A DNA stretch of 64,000 nucleotides, from positions 37,200,001-37,264,000 of the forward strand of contig NC_043005.1 of NCBI RefSeq assembly GCF_006345805.1, given 5' to 3'. Below, piece after piece: positions 13,627 through 26,582 of the stretch. A program made the translations under genes and the position numbers. This stretch comes from Octopus sinensis. Lineage: Eukaryota. A model generated the notes under the pieces. The model made no database searches. It worked only from the letters and a program-made list of their open reading frames with translations, and had not been told where the DNA came from. Numbering within the stretch: the first letter of the stretch is position 1; each line of letters begins with the position of its first letter.

Positions 13627-13872
13627 GTCATCATCATCATTTAATGGCCATTGTCCATGCTGGCCAGCTGGAAATCTGTACCAGACTCCAGTCTGATTTG
13701 CCATGGTCTCTATGACTGAGTGCCCTTCCTCACCCCAACTACTCCGATGCCATTTGCATGACACCAGTATTTGCCACGATTATGTTTTTACTTGGCTTGA
13801 TGGGTCTTCTTCTCAAGCATGGCATAATGCCAAGGGTCTTGGCCATTTGTCATTGCCTCCATGAGGCCCAAA
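13627..13872 (-). mobile_element. RTE-type 3' end
   Basis: tcatcatcatcatttaa...cttctcaagcatggc; matches 5205-5620. Confidence 0.7.
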
Positions 13873-15639
13873 TACACACACACTTTCACACGTTTTCATG
13901 TATGTTTGCCTGTACCCATGTTTTGACATCATGTGATGATTGTAAACAAGCATTACCAGTTGTTCAATTCCAGTCTTCTGTGGAAGGGCAAGTTTGTCAA
14001 TGGGAAAATATTGCCTCAGTTAGAAACAGCTGAGGGCTGATGATAGGAAGGCATCCAACCATACAAAATACACCTCAACAAAATCTTGTCAAGTCCTGTC
14101 CACCATCAATTTTTTTTTTTCAAGCTTTATTGAAACTGAGTGTCCTTTTGTTTTTAAAGATGACATTATTAGGAAATATCTGTAATAAAGATATTAAGAA
14201 GCTACTCCATATTTGACTCACTGTAAAAATAATGCTTCATTCGAGTTATGTTATATGAAATATAATACAATTGTCAGTGGTGGTAGAAGTAATATGTTTA
14301 TAGGAGAGATAACCATGGAGTGTGCTTGTGAATATTTAAACTGTGAAAAGATAAATTGCTTTACATTAATAAATCAAATGAAAATGAAATTTGACTTTTT
14401 CAATTAGTCTTTTAATTACTCAAAAATCTCAGAATTGTTTTAGTATTCAGCATTGAATAGCCATTTAGCCACTTTAACAAATGTTTCTGCATGTAGTGAT
14501 GTAGTATACATATTTATAAGAATAATCTTTATGTCTTTACAAATAAACATGTGTATATACATAGATATTTACACACACACGCGTGCACACACACACACGC
14601 ACACACACATACACACACACACACACACACAGAATTTTTCTTTTACAACTACACATGCATATTGTGTATTGATATACACATGTACTCATGCAAATGTACA
14701 TACATATATATATGTTTGTATATATATGCATGTATATATGCACATATATATATATGTGTATATGTGTATGTTTACATACATATATGCTTATATGTATATT
14801 TGTACATGTATATATGTGTGCATGTTTTTGTGCATACACTCATGATTGTAATTATATGACTGCACACAAAATATATTTTTAGATATAGTTGATATATGTA
14901 TTCATGTACATACATATGTACAAAAATACTTTATATATATATATGTATATATACATACATGCATGCATTCACACATATGTACATCTTTTTCTCATTTGTG
15001 CATCCATCAAGCAACTTGAATTTCTTTTTGGTTTGGTTATATAACAACTTGGAAAGGCAATAAGCTTGAATAACATGGGTAAATATTTAGCTTGCCATAG
15101 CTGGATGTAAACTGATCTGTCATTGGATAATTTATTTATTGTTAAGATGACTAGCTATAATTACATATCTACTCAGGAATACAGATATTATTCTCTCTCA
15201 GTTGCTATTTGAATTCAAATGAGTTTGTTATCAAATAATGTGATGGTCAGAGAATTCTGTAACACTGTCTTTTGATTGCGCCTCTGATATTGCTGCACAT
15301 ACTGCATTATGATGCAGAAAATTCTATGTTGATATAATATTTGCTATATCAAGTGTAACTTCCGTTATTCTTGCCTAAGAAAGATGATCATGGCTCTGAA
15401 AACCACCAAACTATCATTTTACAATTAAATGAGCCATTCCGCCATCATATTCTCCTTGTGTCTATCTGCCTGTCTGCTTGTCTGTCTATCTGTTTGCCTG
15501 TCTGTATGTCTCTCTCATTCTCATTTCTCTCTGTTCTGCTGTTATATAAATATAGTGTGATCAGTATTTTGCCCATGGTGCAGAGCAATCATCATCATCA
15601 TCATTTTAGCTTCTACTTTTCTTTGCTTCTGTGAATCAG

Positions 15640-15877
15640 AGAGAATTTATTGAGGCTTTGCAATATGGCCCCTAGACTGACTAAAGCACCCATACTACTG
15701 CCACTTTAAAAGTACCCAGTACACTCTGCAAAGTGTTTGACATTAGGAAAGGTAACCAGCTGTAGAAACCTTGTCACAACAGGCGAGTGGAGCCATGTGC
15801 CACTCTCTGGCTTGTCATTGCCTATCAAATCATCTAACCCATGCCAGGTTGGAAAATGAAAGTTTAATGATGATGAT
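15640..15877 (+). mobile_element. RTE-type 3' tail
   Basis: cccagtacactctgcaaagtgtttgacattaggaaaggtaaccagctgtagaaacc...aacccatgcc...gatgatgat. Confidence 0.7.
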
Positions 15878-15960
15878 ATTTAAGTGAAGGAGAAAGTGAG
15901 AGAGACATAGTGACATAGATAATCACATTTTGACTTGATATATACACATATATATATATA

Positions 15961-16226
15961 TTGTATTTCGCGATGGTCTCTTTTTTTTTTGCCAAATAAA
16001 CACTTGCACTAGATATTCATTCCACACTCATTAATTACTGTTCTAATCCAACTCATGTCCATTGTCCAGAAATCTTTCGTTACACATCTGTGACCTCTCC
16101 AGCAACACTTTTTGTTCTTGTGTGCACTCTTGCTCTGCTTAATCCATTCTGAGAATGATTATTACATAATTCTTAGCTTCCTAAAACACCTATCATGACA
16201 TTACATAATTTTTTGATATTTTGCCT
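15961..16226 (-). mobile_element. putative Penelope-like end fragment inserted in (TA)n, with a decayed hammerhead
   Basis: TA runs on both sides; minus strand 16108-16063 reads ctggaga-g-gtcac-agatgt-gtaac-gaaa-gatt-tc. Confidence 0.4.
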
Positions 16227-16682
16227 TATATATATATATACACACACACACACACATATATATATATACACACATACACACACATATATGTACACACACA
16301 CATATATATATACATATATATACTTATATGTACATATATATATATACTTATATATACATATGTATATAGGTATATATATGTATATATCTAAAACCAAATT
16401 GTTTTTATCGACATTACTACCTCTGTCTCAGCTCAGTTTGGATTTCTCTTATAGCCATTTTTGATTCTGTAGGCCTTGCCCTGGATGAAGTAGTCAGAGT
16501 TTAAGTTCACATTCATTTGAGCAGTACTATGTGCTTTCTATACTAAGCTTATCTAGCTCTCACCTGCTGTCTCTCTGCCATCATCAAAGTGGGTGTTCCA
16601 TGTTACCACTAGTTTAACCCCAAGTATATCTTATACCAGCTGGTTATTGGTGCAGCACTGTACCTTGTACAATGCAGTGCAT

Positions 16683-16730
<48 letters not shown>

Positions 16731-18760
16731 TACACATATTCTCTTTAGTAATGTATGCTTCCTTGTCTACAAGTGGCATCATTAATTTCCAGTATTCTGT
16801 GAAAACATTTCTTGCTAAGGGGAATATTTTACTTGGAAACCAGAGGGTTGAATCCAAATATCTGCCTTAACAAATTCCATCTCATCGTAACAAATATGGA
16901 AAAGTGGACATTATTACAATGATGATGACCAAAACTACAGGAGCAATTTTGAAATGAGGTTCCTTATGTGACAATGGTAAAGCAACATAGCTTAATTACA
17001 CAAATAAATACACTCTTACAGAAATTCCAACACTTGTGCTATGACTACGATAAGAAATACACATGATACTGTATTTGTAGATGTTCAAGAACAGAGAAAT
17101 ATGTGCATATAAATGTTTCCATTCATAAGCCATGATATAACCAAAATTTATCACTTGATATAATCTGTATCAAAACCAGATATCTGTGTTTCATACACAC
17201 TATGTTAAGATGTAATTCTTTATTACATATAACCCTAATTCTAAATGAGAAGCTACATCATTCATTATAACTTTAAATATCAACACTTATTTCATTAAAG
17301 TTGAAATGTTTCTTATATTATATATAAGTTTTATAAGGAAAAAGTTAACATTGTCTTCCAAGTTTTAGCTTAATTGCCTCCTCAGTGAGGTTGACAAATA
17401 GAACTCAAAAGATGAGTATATGTATATTTTTTATTGATATTTAGCACACGTGACTCAAGGGCTGAGGGTTTTGTGTGTTCACAAACACACACCATCATCA
17501 TCATTGTTTTTGTTGTCAGTGTCATCATCATCATTTAATATTTGCTTTCCATGCTGGACACTTTAACTGGGAAGCAGTGAGCTGCAGGGCTGCATCAAGT
17601 TCAGAGTCACTATTACACATACACGCACACGCACACACACACACACACCTTATAAAATATGGGTTGTTATCAACAAAGTTTTTCTGAAAACTCTTTTCTC
17701 AAGGGTTTCTAAAAGCATTGTATTGTAGTAACCATAAGATAACTATTATGATTGCATAGATCTACTGGTACTTTGTTCTGCTGAACCAATTAGCTTTTGT
17801 GTTGATAAAGAATGCATCTATATCAAAAAGTAAGATATAAAACACAACAACAATAATTAAGAATAATGAAAAATAATTTCACCCTAAAAAAAATTGAATA
17901 AATTCAATACATAATTTAACATAATTTTGCTAAGTATAGTATAGAATAAAAACTTGTATCCCATTATAATATTAGATTGGGCACTTAGAATAAAGAAACT
18001 AGCCAGAGGCAAAAGTTGATGAAGTAAAGTGGCTTAATAAAGTGATTTATATTTGTTTTAAGATGATGCATTAATGCTTAATGGAGCCTTAGGTGAACTA
18101 AATAATTCTGTTCTGTGTGTGTGTGATGGTGGGGTGGGTGGGGGTGGAGATAAAGAGTTGGTACTTCTGCAAACCCATAGCTTTTCAAGAACCTATGAGG
18201 CTCGTGTCTTTCATTAAAGAGCAACATCACTATATAATATAATAATATTGATGTTATTGCTGCTGTTGTTTGGCTCATGATCATGGGCAGGCTAACACAT
18301 TATCTCCTTTCAGCCAAGCATTTCCTTTCAAGTTGCTCTTGTCTTCTCAACTGAAAAAGAGAACCTGGTGAGTACTGGTGCTGCTCTCCCTTCTTCCAGT
18401 TGTCTGTGACTACATAAATACCTAAAGCAAAGTCAATAGTCTTAAATAAACAGCAGTCACATGTACCACCTATTCATAATTCATTCATGACTGTAACATC
18501 TTAAACAAACTTCAACTATCAGCTGCCCACCCTGAAAGAAATAGTTGCCAAATTTTACTCAAATCAACTATCATCTTAAAAAAGACAAAATATATTGAAG
18601 AGTAGAGTCCTTTATATACAGGATCCTTCTTGGAAATCTCTCATATTTTGCACAATATTCAATGTGATACTAGTGAAGTTAGGTAGCTAGTAAGGGTACC
18701 TCTATGCAGTAAATGTTTAATTGTTTTCTATTTTAGTCACCAGACACCATGTAAAATGCC

Positions 18761-19115
18761 TGTACTAGTGTCACATAGAAGTACCTGTACTGGTGCCACA
18801 TAAAAATACCCGTACAATACTGGTGTCACATGAGAGCACCTGTATTGGTGCTACATAAAACTGCCTATATAGGTGTCACATAAAAGTGCCTTTACCAGTG
18901 CCACATAAAAGTGCCGGTGCAGGTGTCACGTAAAAGCATCCACTACATTATGTAAAGTGGTTGATTCTAAGAAGGGCATCCAGCTGTAGAAACCATGACA
19001 AAACAGACAAATGGAGCCTGAACAGCCCCTCAGCTGGTCAGCTCCTGTCAAATTGTCCAACCCATGCTAACATGGAGAAAGGACGTTAAATGATGATGAT
19101 GATGATGATAATGAT
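18761..19115 (+). mobile_element. RTE-type 3' tail preceded by 7 tandem ~25-bp units
   Basis: units such as tgtactggtgccacataaaaatacc at 18761-18940, then aagggcatccagctgtagaaacc...ggacgttaaatgatgatgat. Confidence 0.85.
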
Positions 19116-19239
19116 TTGGGTTTGGACCCGTGAACTCTGCCCATTTGCTGTTGAAATGTCATGATGTGATAAATCTGTAAGGTTTTACTTTTTTTTCTTT
19201 ACATCCTCTATGTAATAGTTTCAAAGGGTTTTAGATCAT

Positions 19240-19442
19240 GGCATAGGCATAAGGCCTGCAATTTTTAGCTGAGGAGTTAAGGTGATTACATCAATCCCCA
19301 ACTGCTGAACTGCTACTTATTCCATTGACTCTGAAAGGATGAAAAGTAGAATCGATCTCGGTGGAATGCGAAAATTTGAAATCAGAACATATTGAACCAG
19401 GTATTTTCCAACCATCTTATAATTCTACTAGTTCACTGCCTC
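19240..19442 (-). mobile_element. SINE family B (decayed)
   Basis: gattacatcaatcccca...ctgaaaggatgaaaagtagaatcgatctcggtggaat; matches 28574-28804. Confidence 0.7.
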
Positions 19443-19669
19443 TGCATCCTGTGTAATAAGAGATATGACCATGGATAGAATATGTTGCAGTTATAGGTGT
19501 ACTTGGTCAATGCTGACCTAGGGCTAAATGAGACCATGAGTTACCTACACAAATGAATTCATGGTCACTATTTTCACTTTAACCACCCCGCTTTCATTAT
19601 CAAGATCTTAGACCATGTTGTCATTAAACTGTCATTATTGCTCAAAGTCATTTTTCTTAGTGACTGATA

Positions 19670-20240
19670 ATAGTGGTGATGATGATGATGGTGAGGATGG
19701 ATTACGAAAATGACATTAATGGTTGAGAGAATAATAGTGGTGGTGGTGGTGGTGGTGGTGAATAGGAGGATGGTGTTTAAAGACGGTGATATGATAGAGG
19801 AAGATTATAATTATTATTAGAATGGTATTTAAGAGTGGAACCATGCCATAGACACTGCTGCTACTACTGATGATACTGGTAAATTAGGAATGTAAAAATG
19901 ACATTTGTGGTAGTAAGAAGGGTCATGGTGGTGATGGGGTGGTGCTGGTCGGGTAGTGGTTGTGAGAACAGTGTTGAGCACTGCAATATGAGAGAGGGGG
20001 ATTATTATTATTATTATCAGAGCAATATTTACATGAGGAATCATGCAGATGCTTATGGTGATGATGGTGATGGCATGATGATAACGATGGCGACTAGGAT
20101 GATGTTGGTAGTGGTAGTAATGGTGAGGAGTGAGATTGCGATGGAAAAGACATAAAGCAAAATATAACATTAACTGTGAGAATAATTTTGATGATGATAA
20201 TAAAGGAAATGGTTATTGTGATGATGATGATGATGGCAGT
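19670..20240. repeat. degenerate GAT/GGT-rich low-complexity tract
   Basis: interspersed gatgat and ggtggt runs. Confidence 0.8.
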
Positions 20241-21339
20241 GGGGGTGGGGGGAAGCAGTACTTATTACTCTAATCATGGTAATTATATCTCCACTAGGAA
20301 CTGACACCCAGCACATCAAAACAGCAAAACAAACAAACAACAAACATTCTCATCATAGAAAGAAGCAGTGTCTCCTCAGTAATAAGGGAAAAGAGAAATG
20401 TTGTTCGTGTTTTACCTTCTGACATTAATAATATGTCCCATAATGCATGTGTGGAATCCAAACTAAAGATAATATTAATTAGGTGTATTTTTGCTGCTAA
20501 TTATAGCTGAAGAACAAGATAATAATGATTGATGCTTTTGCCTGTGGTTTATAATGATAAGGGTGTTTGGTGGTGTTTGGGTTAGGGTTAAGGTGAGGAA
20601 AAATTTTTACCTGCTGATTGAAAAAATAAAAGCTGTAAGTGTTGGGCAGGTAGACAAGAGTTTTTGGTGCCATCTATTGACATAGGCTATAAATATCTAC
20701 CAGATTGGATGTGACCTGCAGGTGTAAATGAAATGGATGTAGCCCATAGGTGTTAGCAGAACGGCATAAGTGAAACACAGGCTGAAACCTATTGTTTAAT
20801 TTATTCAGTTTCTTGATTTGTAAATAGATGAATTGATATGTGGTTTTAGGCAATATGGAATGAAATCTGAGTAGCTAAATGTGTTTAAGAAATATGCTTC
20901 CTAACCATGTGGATTTCAATTCAGTTCTACTATGCAATACCTTGAGCAAGTGTCCTCTGTTGCAGTAGATCCAAGCTTTATGATTGGATTTGGTTAATAG
21001 AAACTAAAAGAAATCTGTTGTGTTTGTGTGTGTATGTATGTATGCTTGTATATATATGTATATACATATATATATATATATATATATGTCTGTGTGTGGT
21101 TTATGTGGTTCCAAAAATCTCTGTCCTACAACTGGTGGCATTGTTATTATTTTCCCTGTCAACAAATCATTCACTGGTTTTGCATCTTTAAGGGTGTGTG
21201 CAATAAGGTACCCCTTCCTTTAAAAATAGGTGGAGATTGGTGACAGGAAGGGCATCCCACAGAAAAATCATTACCTCAATATAATACACATCTAACCGAT
21301 GCAGGCATAAAAAACAGCAGACGTTGTTGGTTGCATTTA

Positions 21340-22860
21340 AAGTTAAAGTAAGACTTGGAAGGTGTGCCTATGACTCATTCCTAAAAAAAACTAATATTGT
21401 ATTTCATGATAAATGGAACTCATATTATTCTTTTGATGTTGATAATTCAGAAGTTTAGTCTCTCAATTATTGCATCTTATCATTTTATTATACAAAAGTG
21501 GTAGGTAGTCATCAAGAATTGGTTTCTTCAGCCTGGCTGTTTCCAGTGATTAGTCATTCTTTATTAATGCCATTACTGCTGGCACAAACACAAGAACTCA
21601 TTACAAGAACCTTCATTGCATCTCGTTTGTTGCATCATATTTCTGGGTCGTAAACTTCAAGCTTAACTTGCAGCAAACTTGTAGGAATCATAAAAGGTAC
21701 TGGCATTGGTAAAACTTCTTAAAAGCTCTATTCCTAGTTTTATTGTAGGAGAGCATATTCTCAGTCAATCACTTCCAGATGGAATAGCTTTTCTTCTTTC
21801 TTAATATCATAGATAAATATATAAAAATCTCAATATTTTTCTTTGGACATTTCAAGGTTTCACACATCCTGAATTGATCTTTACATAATTTTTGTTGCAT
21901 TCATAATTTCATCTGCCACCATCTGTTAAATGTCTTGATGGATAATCTGAGAACATATAATTTTTGAATGGCATGAGCAGTATCATGCAAAAGATAAATA
22001 TTTCATTGAAACTTCATGTGTTTTTCTTGGAATCTTTCCAGTTTTTCTGTTAGTCTTCATCCTATGGTAACATCTTGTCATTGTATAATACATTCCATAG
22101 TTTGCATTCATTTTCAATTATTTTATCAATTGTATCATCTCACAATGCTGGAAAAATGATTTAGATTGGGTTTGTTATACAGATTTCTGCATATTCTGCC
22201 AAGTTTACATCATGAATACAAATGCTGTTTTAAAATGCAATCACATTTTCCTCACAGACTAATACAGAATGGCTAATATTTTCTATTGTGTAAAAAAGTT
22301 GCACTTCTCTTTGTGCTAATATTAGAAAATCAAACAATAATTAATAGTGTAATAACAGTTTTCATGCAAAGTAATATCAAGAAAATTAACTATTGTGCAG
22401 CTAGCTTCAATTACTGCTAAGCTAAAAGTATAATGTGAACAAGATTTAAGTATTTTTTTTTCTATTACAGTATGAGTTGCAGTTCTCATACAAAGATAAT
22501 ATCAGAAAAAAATTATGTTCTACTATGATGATAGCTGTATGTTTTGTCGCATTACAGTAGAAAATGAAATAGTATTTAGCACTAATGTTTTATGTGAGAA
22601 ACTTAGGAACAGCTTGCAAATGATGTCAGTCAAAAAGCTCTGCATGCCAGATGGTTTCAGGAGTCTTCAGGAGCGAATGCACACAACTTTAGGGCCTTCT
22701 TCTTAACAGCTTCACAGTGCACTGGCCCCTTCACTGTTGTGAGGCTCCAATTTCTGGATTGACTGAGTTGTATTCAATCTTAAGCCCTTCATCTTGGGGT
22801 GATTAGTACTATTCACATTGCAGCATTCACATTGTAAAGCCCTCCCCTAACGTATTATGT
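21340..22860 (-). pseudogene. highly decayed non-LTR retrotransposon ORF, possibly CRE-like
   Basis: minus-strand fragments in the expected order: HCEAV, DDTIDKIIE, YLLHDTAHAIQKLYVLRLS, (W)VIGTPSKSY; resemble CRE-clade GCEA, FLLRNCFAIPKL.Y.LR.S and WL.ALPS; many stops. Confidence 0.35.
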
Positions 22861-23496
22861 TACATATATGACAGCTTTTATTAAATATATTGTAAAGTTA
22901 CTGTTTTAATTTATCATGAAGAGGCATGGGTATGGCTGTGTGGTTAAATTTGTTTCCAACCACATGGTACTGGCTTTAGTTCTGTGTGGCACGTTGGACA
23001 AGTTTCTTTTACAAAGCCGCAAGGTGTCCAAAGCCCAGTGAGTGGATTTAATGGAAGGAAACTGATTTTTGTATTCTAATTATTGATTGTTGCTGGCAAC
23101 TTCTGAATTAATTATAATCACTGGATGTGAGTGCCTTATTGTTGTTTTGCACTTAATGTCCCAGTTAATGTTGGCTTTTCTGAGGATAATGTTCTTATTC
23201 TCCTGCTTTTGTGCCTTCAATGATATTGGTTGGGTAAATACTTTTTAATATCATAATGTATCTAAATCAAAACATGCATTTCATCTTTCAACAGCAAAAT
23301 GAGATGTATAATTCTTAGTTCAATATGAAATATTTATAGGAAAATTTGTATAGTGAAAGATTCTAATCGCCATTTACTGTATTGTCTAGCAAGCTTAACC
23401 AGTCAGTAAATGATGCATGGTTTGGTGCTGGCCAACAATTTCATCATTATATTTTCTTCAAACACATACTCTTACATACATCCATATATATGTATA

Positions 23497-23527
<31 letters not shown>

Positions 23528-23539
23528 TTGTATATATAT

Positions 23540-24949
23540 GCACACACCCCATTGGGCAGGTGGCCCTGCTCGATCTGTAGGAAACGTGTAGGTAGAAACT
23601 CCATAAGATGCACCCAGTGTAAGCTATGGACGCATAAGAGGTGCAGCAACATCAAAGGGAAATTAACTGATAAGATAGCTTTCATGTGTGGCAGATGCAC
23701 AGGGATAATAGACACCACAAATACTCAGAAAACAGATTCCATCACACTCCAGGGGGAGAAACTAGAAGTAGTCGATAGTTTCCGCTACCTGGGTGACCAA
23801 GTTAGTAGTGGAGGTTGATGCTCAGAGAGTGTCACCACTAGAATACGAATAGCCTGGGCAAAGTTTAGAAAGCTCCTACCCCTACTGGCGACAAAGGGTC
23901 TCTCACTCAGAGTGAAAGGTAGATTGTATGTTGCATGTGTGTGAACTGCCATGTTTCACGGTAGTGTGGCATGGGCCGTAACTGCAGAGGACATGCGTAG
24001 ACTTGAAAGAAATGAAGCTAGCATGATCCGCTGGATGTGTAATGTCAGTGTACATGCAAGACAGAGTGTAAGCACCCTGAGAGAAATGCTGGACATAAGA
24101 AGCATCAGATGTGGTGTGCAAGAGCGACACTTGCGATGGTATGGTCATGTACTGTGGATGGATGAGGAGAGATGTGTGAAGAAGTGCTGCTCCCAAACAG
24201 TTGAAAGAATCAGGGAGAGAGGTAGACCCAGAAAGACATGGGATGAGGTAGTCAAGCATGACCTCAGAGCATTGGGCCCCACTGAGGCAATGGTGAAGGA
24301 CCGAGATCTCTGGAGATGTGCTGTGACTGCAAAGACCCGGGCTGCTTCTGGCACCAGTTCCGCATAGCCCCTGCCCATTCAAATTACCTTGGATCCCAGA
24401 ACATCTTGCTGTGCTTGAGGAGACCTGTTGAGTCAAGTGCATGTACATGAACATCGAAACAAATATCAATGGAAATAGCAGTTGTGATACCTGTGCCGGT
24501 GGCACATAAAAAGCATCATCCGAACGTGGCCGTTGCCAGCGCTGCCTCGACTGGCTTCTGTGCCGGTGGCACATAAAAAGCACCATCCAAACGTGGCCGA
24601 TGCCAGCGCCGCCTCGACTGGCTTCGGTGCCGGTGGCACATAAAAAGCACCATCCAAAAGTGGCCGATGCCAGCACGCCTTGGCTGGCGTCCGTGCCGGT
24701 GGCACATTAAAAGCACCAACCGATCGTGGCCGATGCCAGACTTCCCTGGCACCTGTGCTGGTGGCACGTAAAAAGCACCCACTATGCTCGCGGAGTGGTT
24801 GGCGTTAGGAAGGGCATCCAGCTGTAGAAACACTGCCAGATCAGACTGGAGCCTGGTGCAGCCCCTGGATTCCCAGACCCCGGTCAAACCGTCCAACCCA
24901 TGCTAGCGCAGAAAGTGGACGTTAAACGATGATGATGATGATGATGATG
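23540..24949 (+). mobile_element. 5'-truncated RTE-type LINE: PHD finger, RT C-terminus, 3' UTR repeats, (GAT)n tail
   Basis: one reading frame to the stop at 24367 with two in-frame TGA (23816, 23942); motifs LEVVDSFRYLG, RIRIAWAKF, LRWYGHV, RGRPRKTW, DRDLWR; tail ggacgttaaac(gat)n. Confidence 0.93.
24493..24780 (+). repeat. 62-67 bp tandem repeat (5 cores) in the LINE 3' UTR
   Basis: gtgc(c/t)ggtggcac starts at 24493, 24560, 24627, 24693 and 24755. Confidence 0.92.
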
Positions 24950-24951
24950 AG

Positions 24952-25235
24952 ATAAATGCAGAGTAGATGAAACAGGGACAACTGAAGAAGGGGAATATTC
25001 CGTGTGTTGTATGTCTTGTTTCTCTGTCTTTTTGTTTAAAAAAAGTTCGTTTCTATGTTTTTGTTTTTATGTTTTCGTTTCTCATTGTGTTGAACGTTTT
25101 TTTGATGTCTTGTACCCACATATGCATGTATATATACATATATATGTAGGTATGTACATATATGTATGTATATATGCATATATTTATATATTATTTATAT
25201 TTATCACATGATCGAATGACATGCATTCTTTTCCA
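24952..25235 (+). mobile_element. repeat shared with 37170-37430 (probable Penelope-like end)
   Basis: gaaacagggacaactgaagaaggggaatattcc...gtacccacatatgcatgt is present in both places. Confidence 0.65.
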
Positions 25236-26345
25236 AGTAAGTTTTATCTATCTATATATATATATATATATATATATCCTCACATACATGTATATACTTA
25301 CATGTTCATATAAATATTTGCCTGTATATAATGGTAAAGTCTTGGTCATAGACAAAAGATATATTTTTAGCCATTCATTATGAATATTCTACTTTCCCTG
25401 ACATTGGACATGAACAGTAGTTATATTTTAGTTTTGTAGGTCTCTAAAGTAAATGTCAGCAATTTTGATTTTTTTCCCCCTTACATGCATTCACTATGCA
25501 TATTAATCATTCTGCATTTGTGTGCATGTAAAGAAAAATATTTTTGCTGAATTTTTTTTGAAGGTTTGAGCTATTGCAGTTATGGTCTGGCTGAAGTTAT
25601 GCCAAGTACATATACAGCATTATGTATATCTGCAGTCTATGAAGAGTATACAAATGCACATTTACAAGCTTTACACTCATGTACATAAATGTCTGTTTTT
25701 ATCTATTATTTTGCATGCATACATTGGATATACGCATATGTATCTGATGTGTTTATACATGAATATGCACATGCATGCACACACACACTGCTTTTATTTG
25801 TGTCTCATTTTCTGCTTTACATCTCTGTATGTATACATGTGTATGTGTATGTATACATGTATGTTGTATGTGTGTACACATCTTGACCCAATGCTCTTCC
25901 ACGTACACAACAAGAAATACTAAGAGACAGTGACACAAAGACAAATCAAAATGTCTTGTCTTGTCCATTTACCATTTGATGCAACAGCCTTCGCTTTTCT
26001 ATTTCAATCAAACTAAACAAGCAGCTGTCCTAAATAATACCCAAAGTGACCCAATCTTTTTTTCTGTGCCATAAGCAGTATACTAATGTAAGAGGAACAT
26101 CTAGCATCAGCTGGATTAGACCAGCTGCATAGAACAGCTCCCATATTCCTTTACACACATACACACATGTTTCTTTATTTACATTTCTATTTTAAGCAGA
26201 AAACCAAGCAACAGTGGCCATCATAAATTTAAGTTTTGTTTTGTTTAACATGCTATATGCATTTTAACATATTACATATGTGTTTAACACACTGTATATG
26301 TTTTGATATGCTATATATATATATATATATATATATATGATTTAA

Positions 26346-26388
<43 letters not shown>

Positions 26389-26458
26389 GTTTTAACATAC
26401 AATGTGTTCCAACACATATTTTAGATTTATATATATATATATACCTCAGCAAGCATAC

Positions 26459-26501
<43 letters not shown>

Positions 26502-26582
26502 TATCATACTGTGTGTATATATATAAATATATATATATATATAAATATATATATATAAATAAGCAACAAGAATGACTCCAGT

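Noticed and set aside
18314-18367. 54-nt plus-strand exon candidate (ctttcAG ... CTG|GTGAGT)
   Set aside because: Overlaps a decayed family-D SINE-like sequence; splice-like words are likely incidental.
20575-20595. ggttagggttaagg as a telomeric repeat
   Set aside because: Fewer than three units.
24493-24780. Regularly spaced palindromic repeats as a CRISPR array (also 18761-18940)
   Set aside because: The intervening sequences are homologous to each other rather than unique spacers, the array lies in a LINE 3' UTR, and there are no cas genes in this eukaryotic context.
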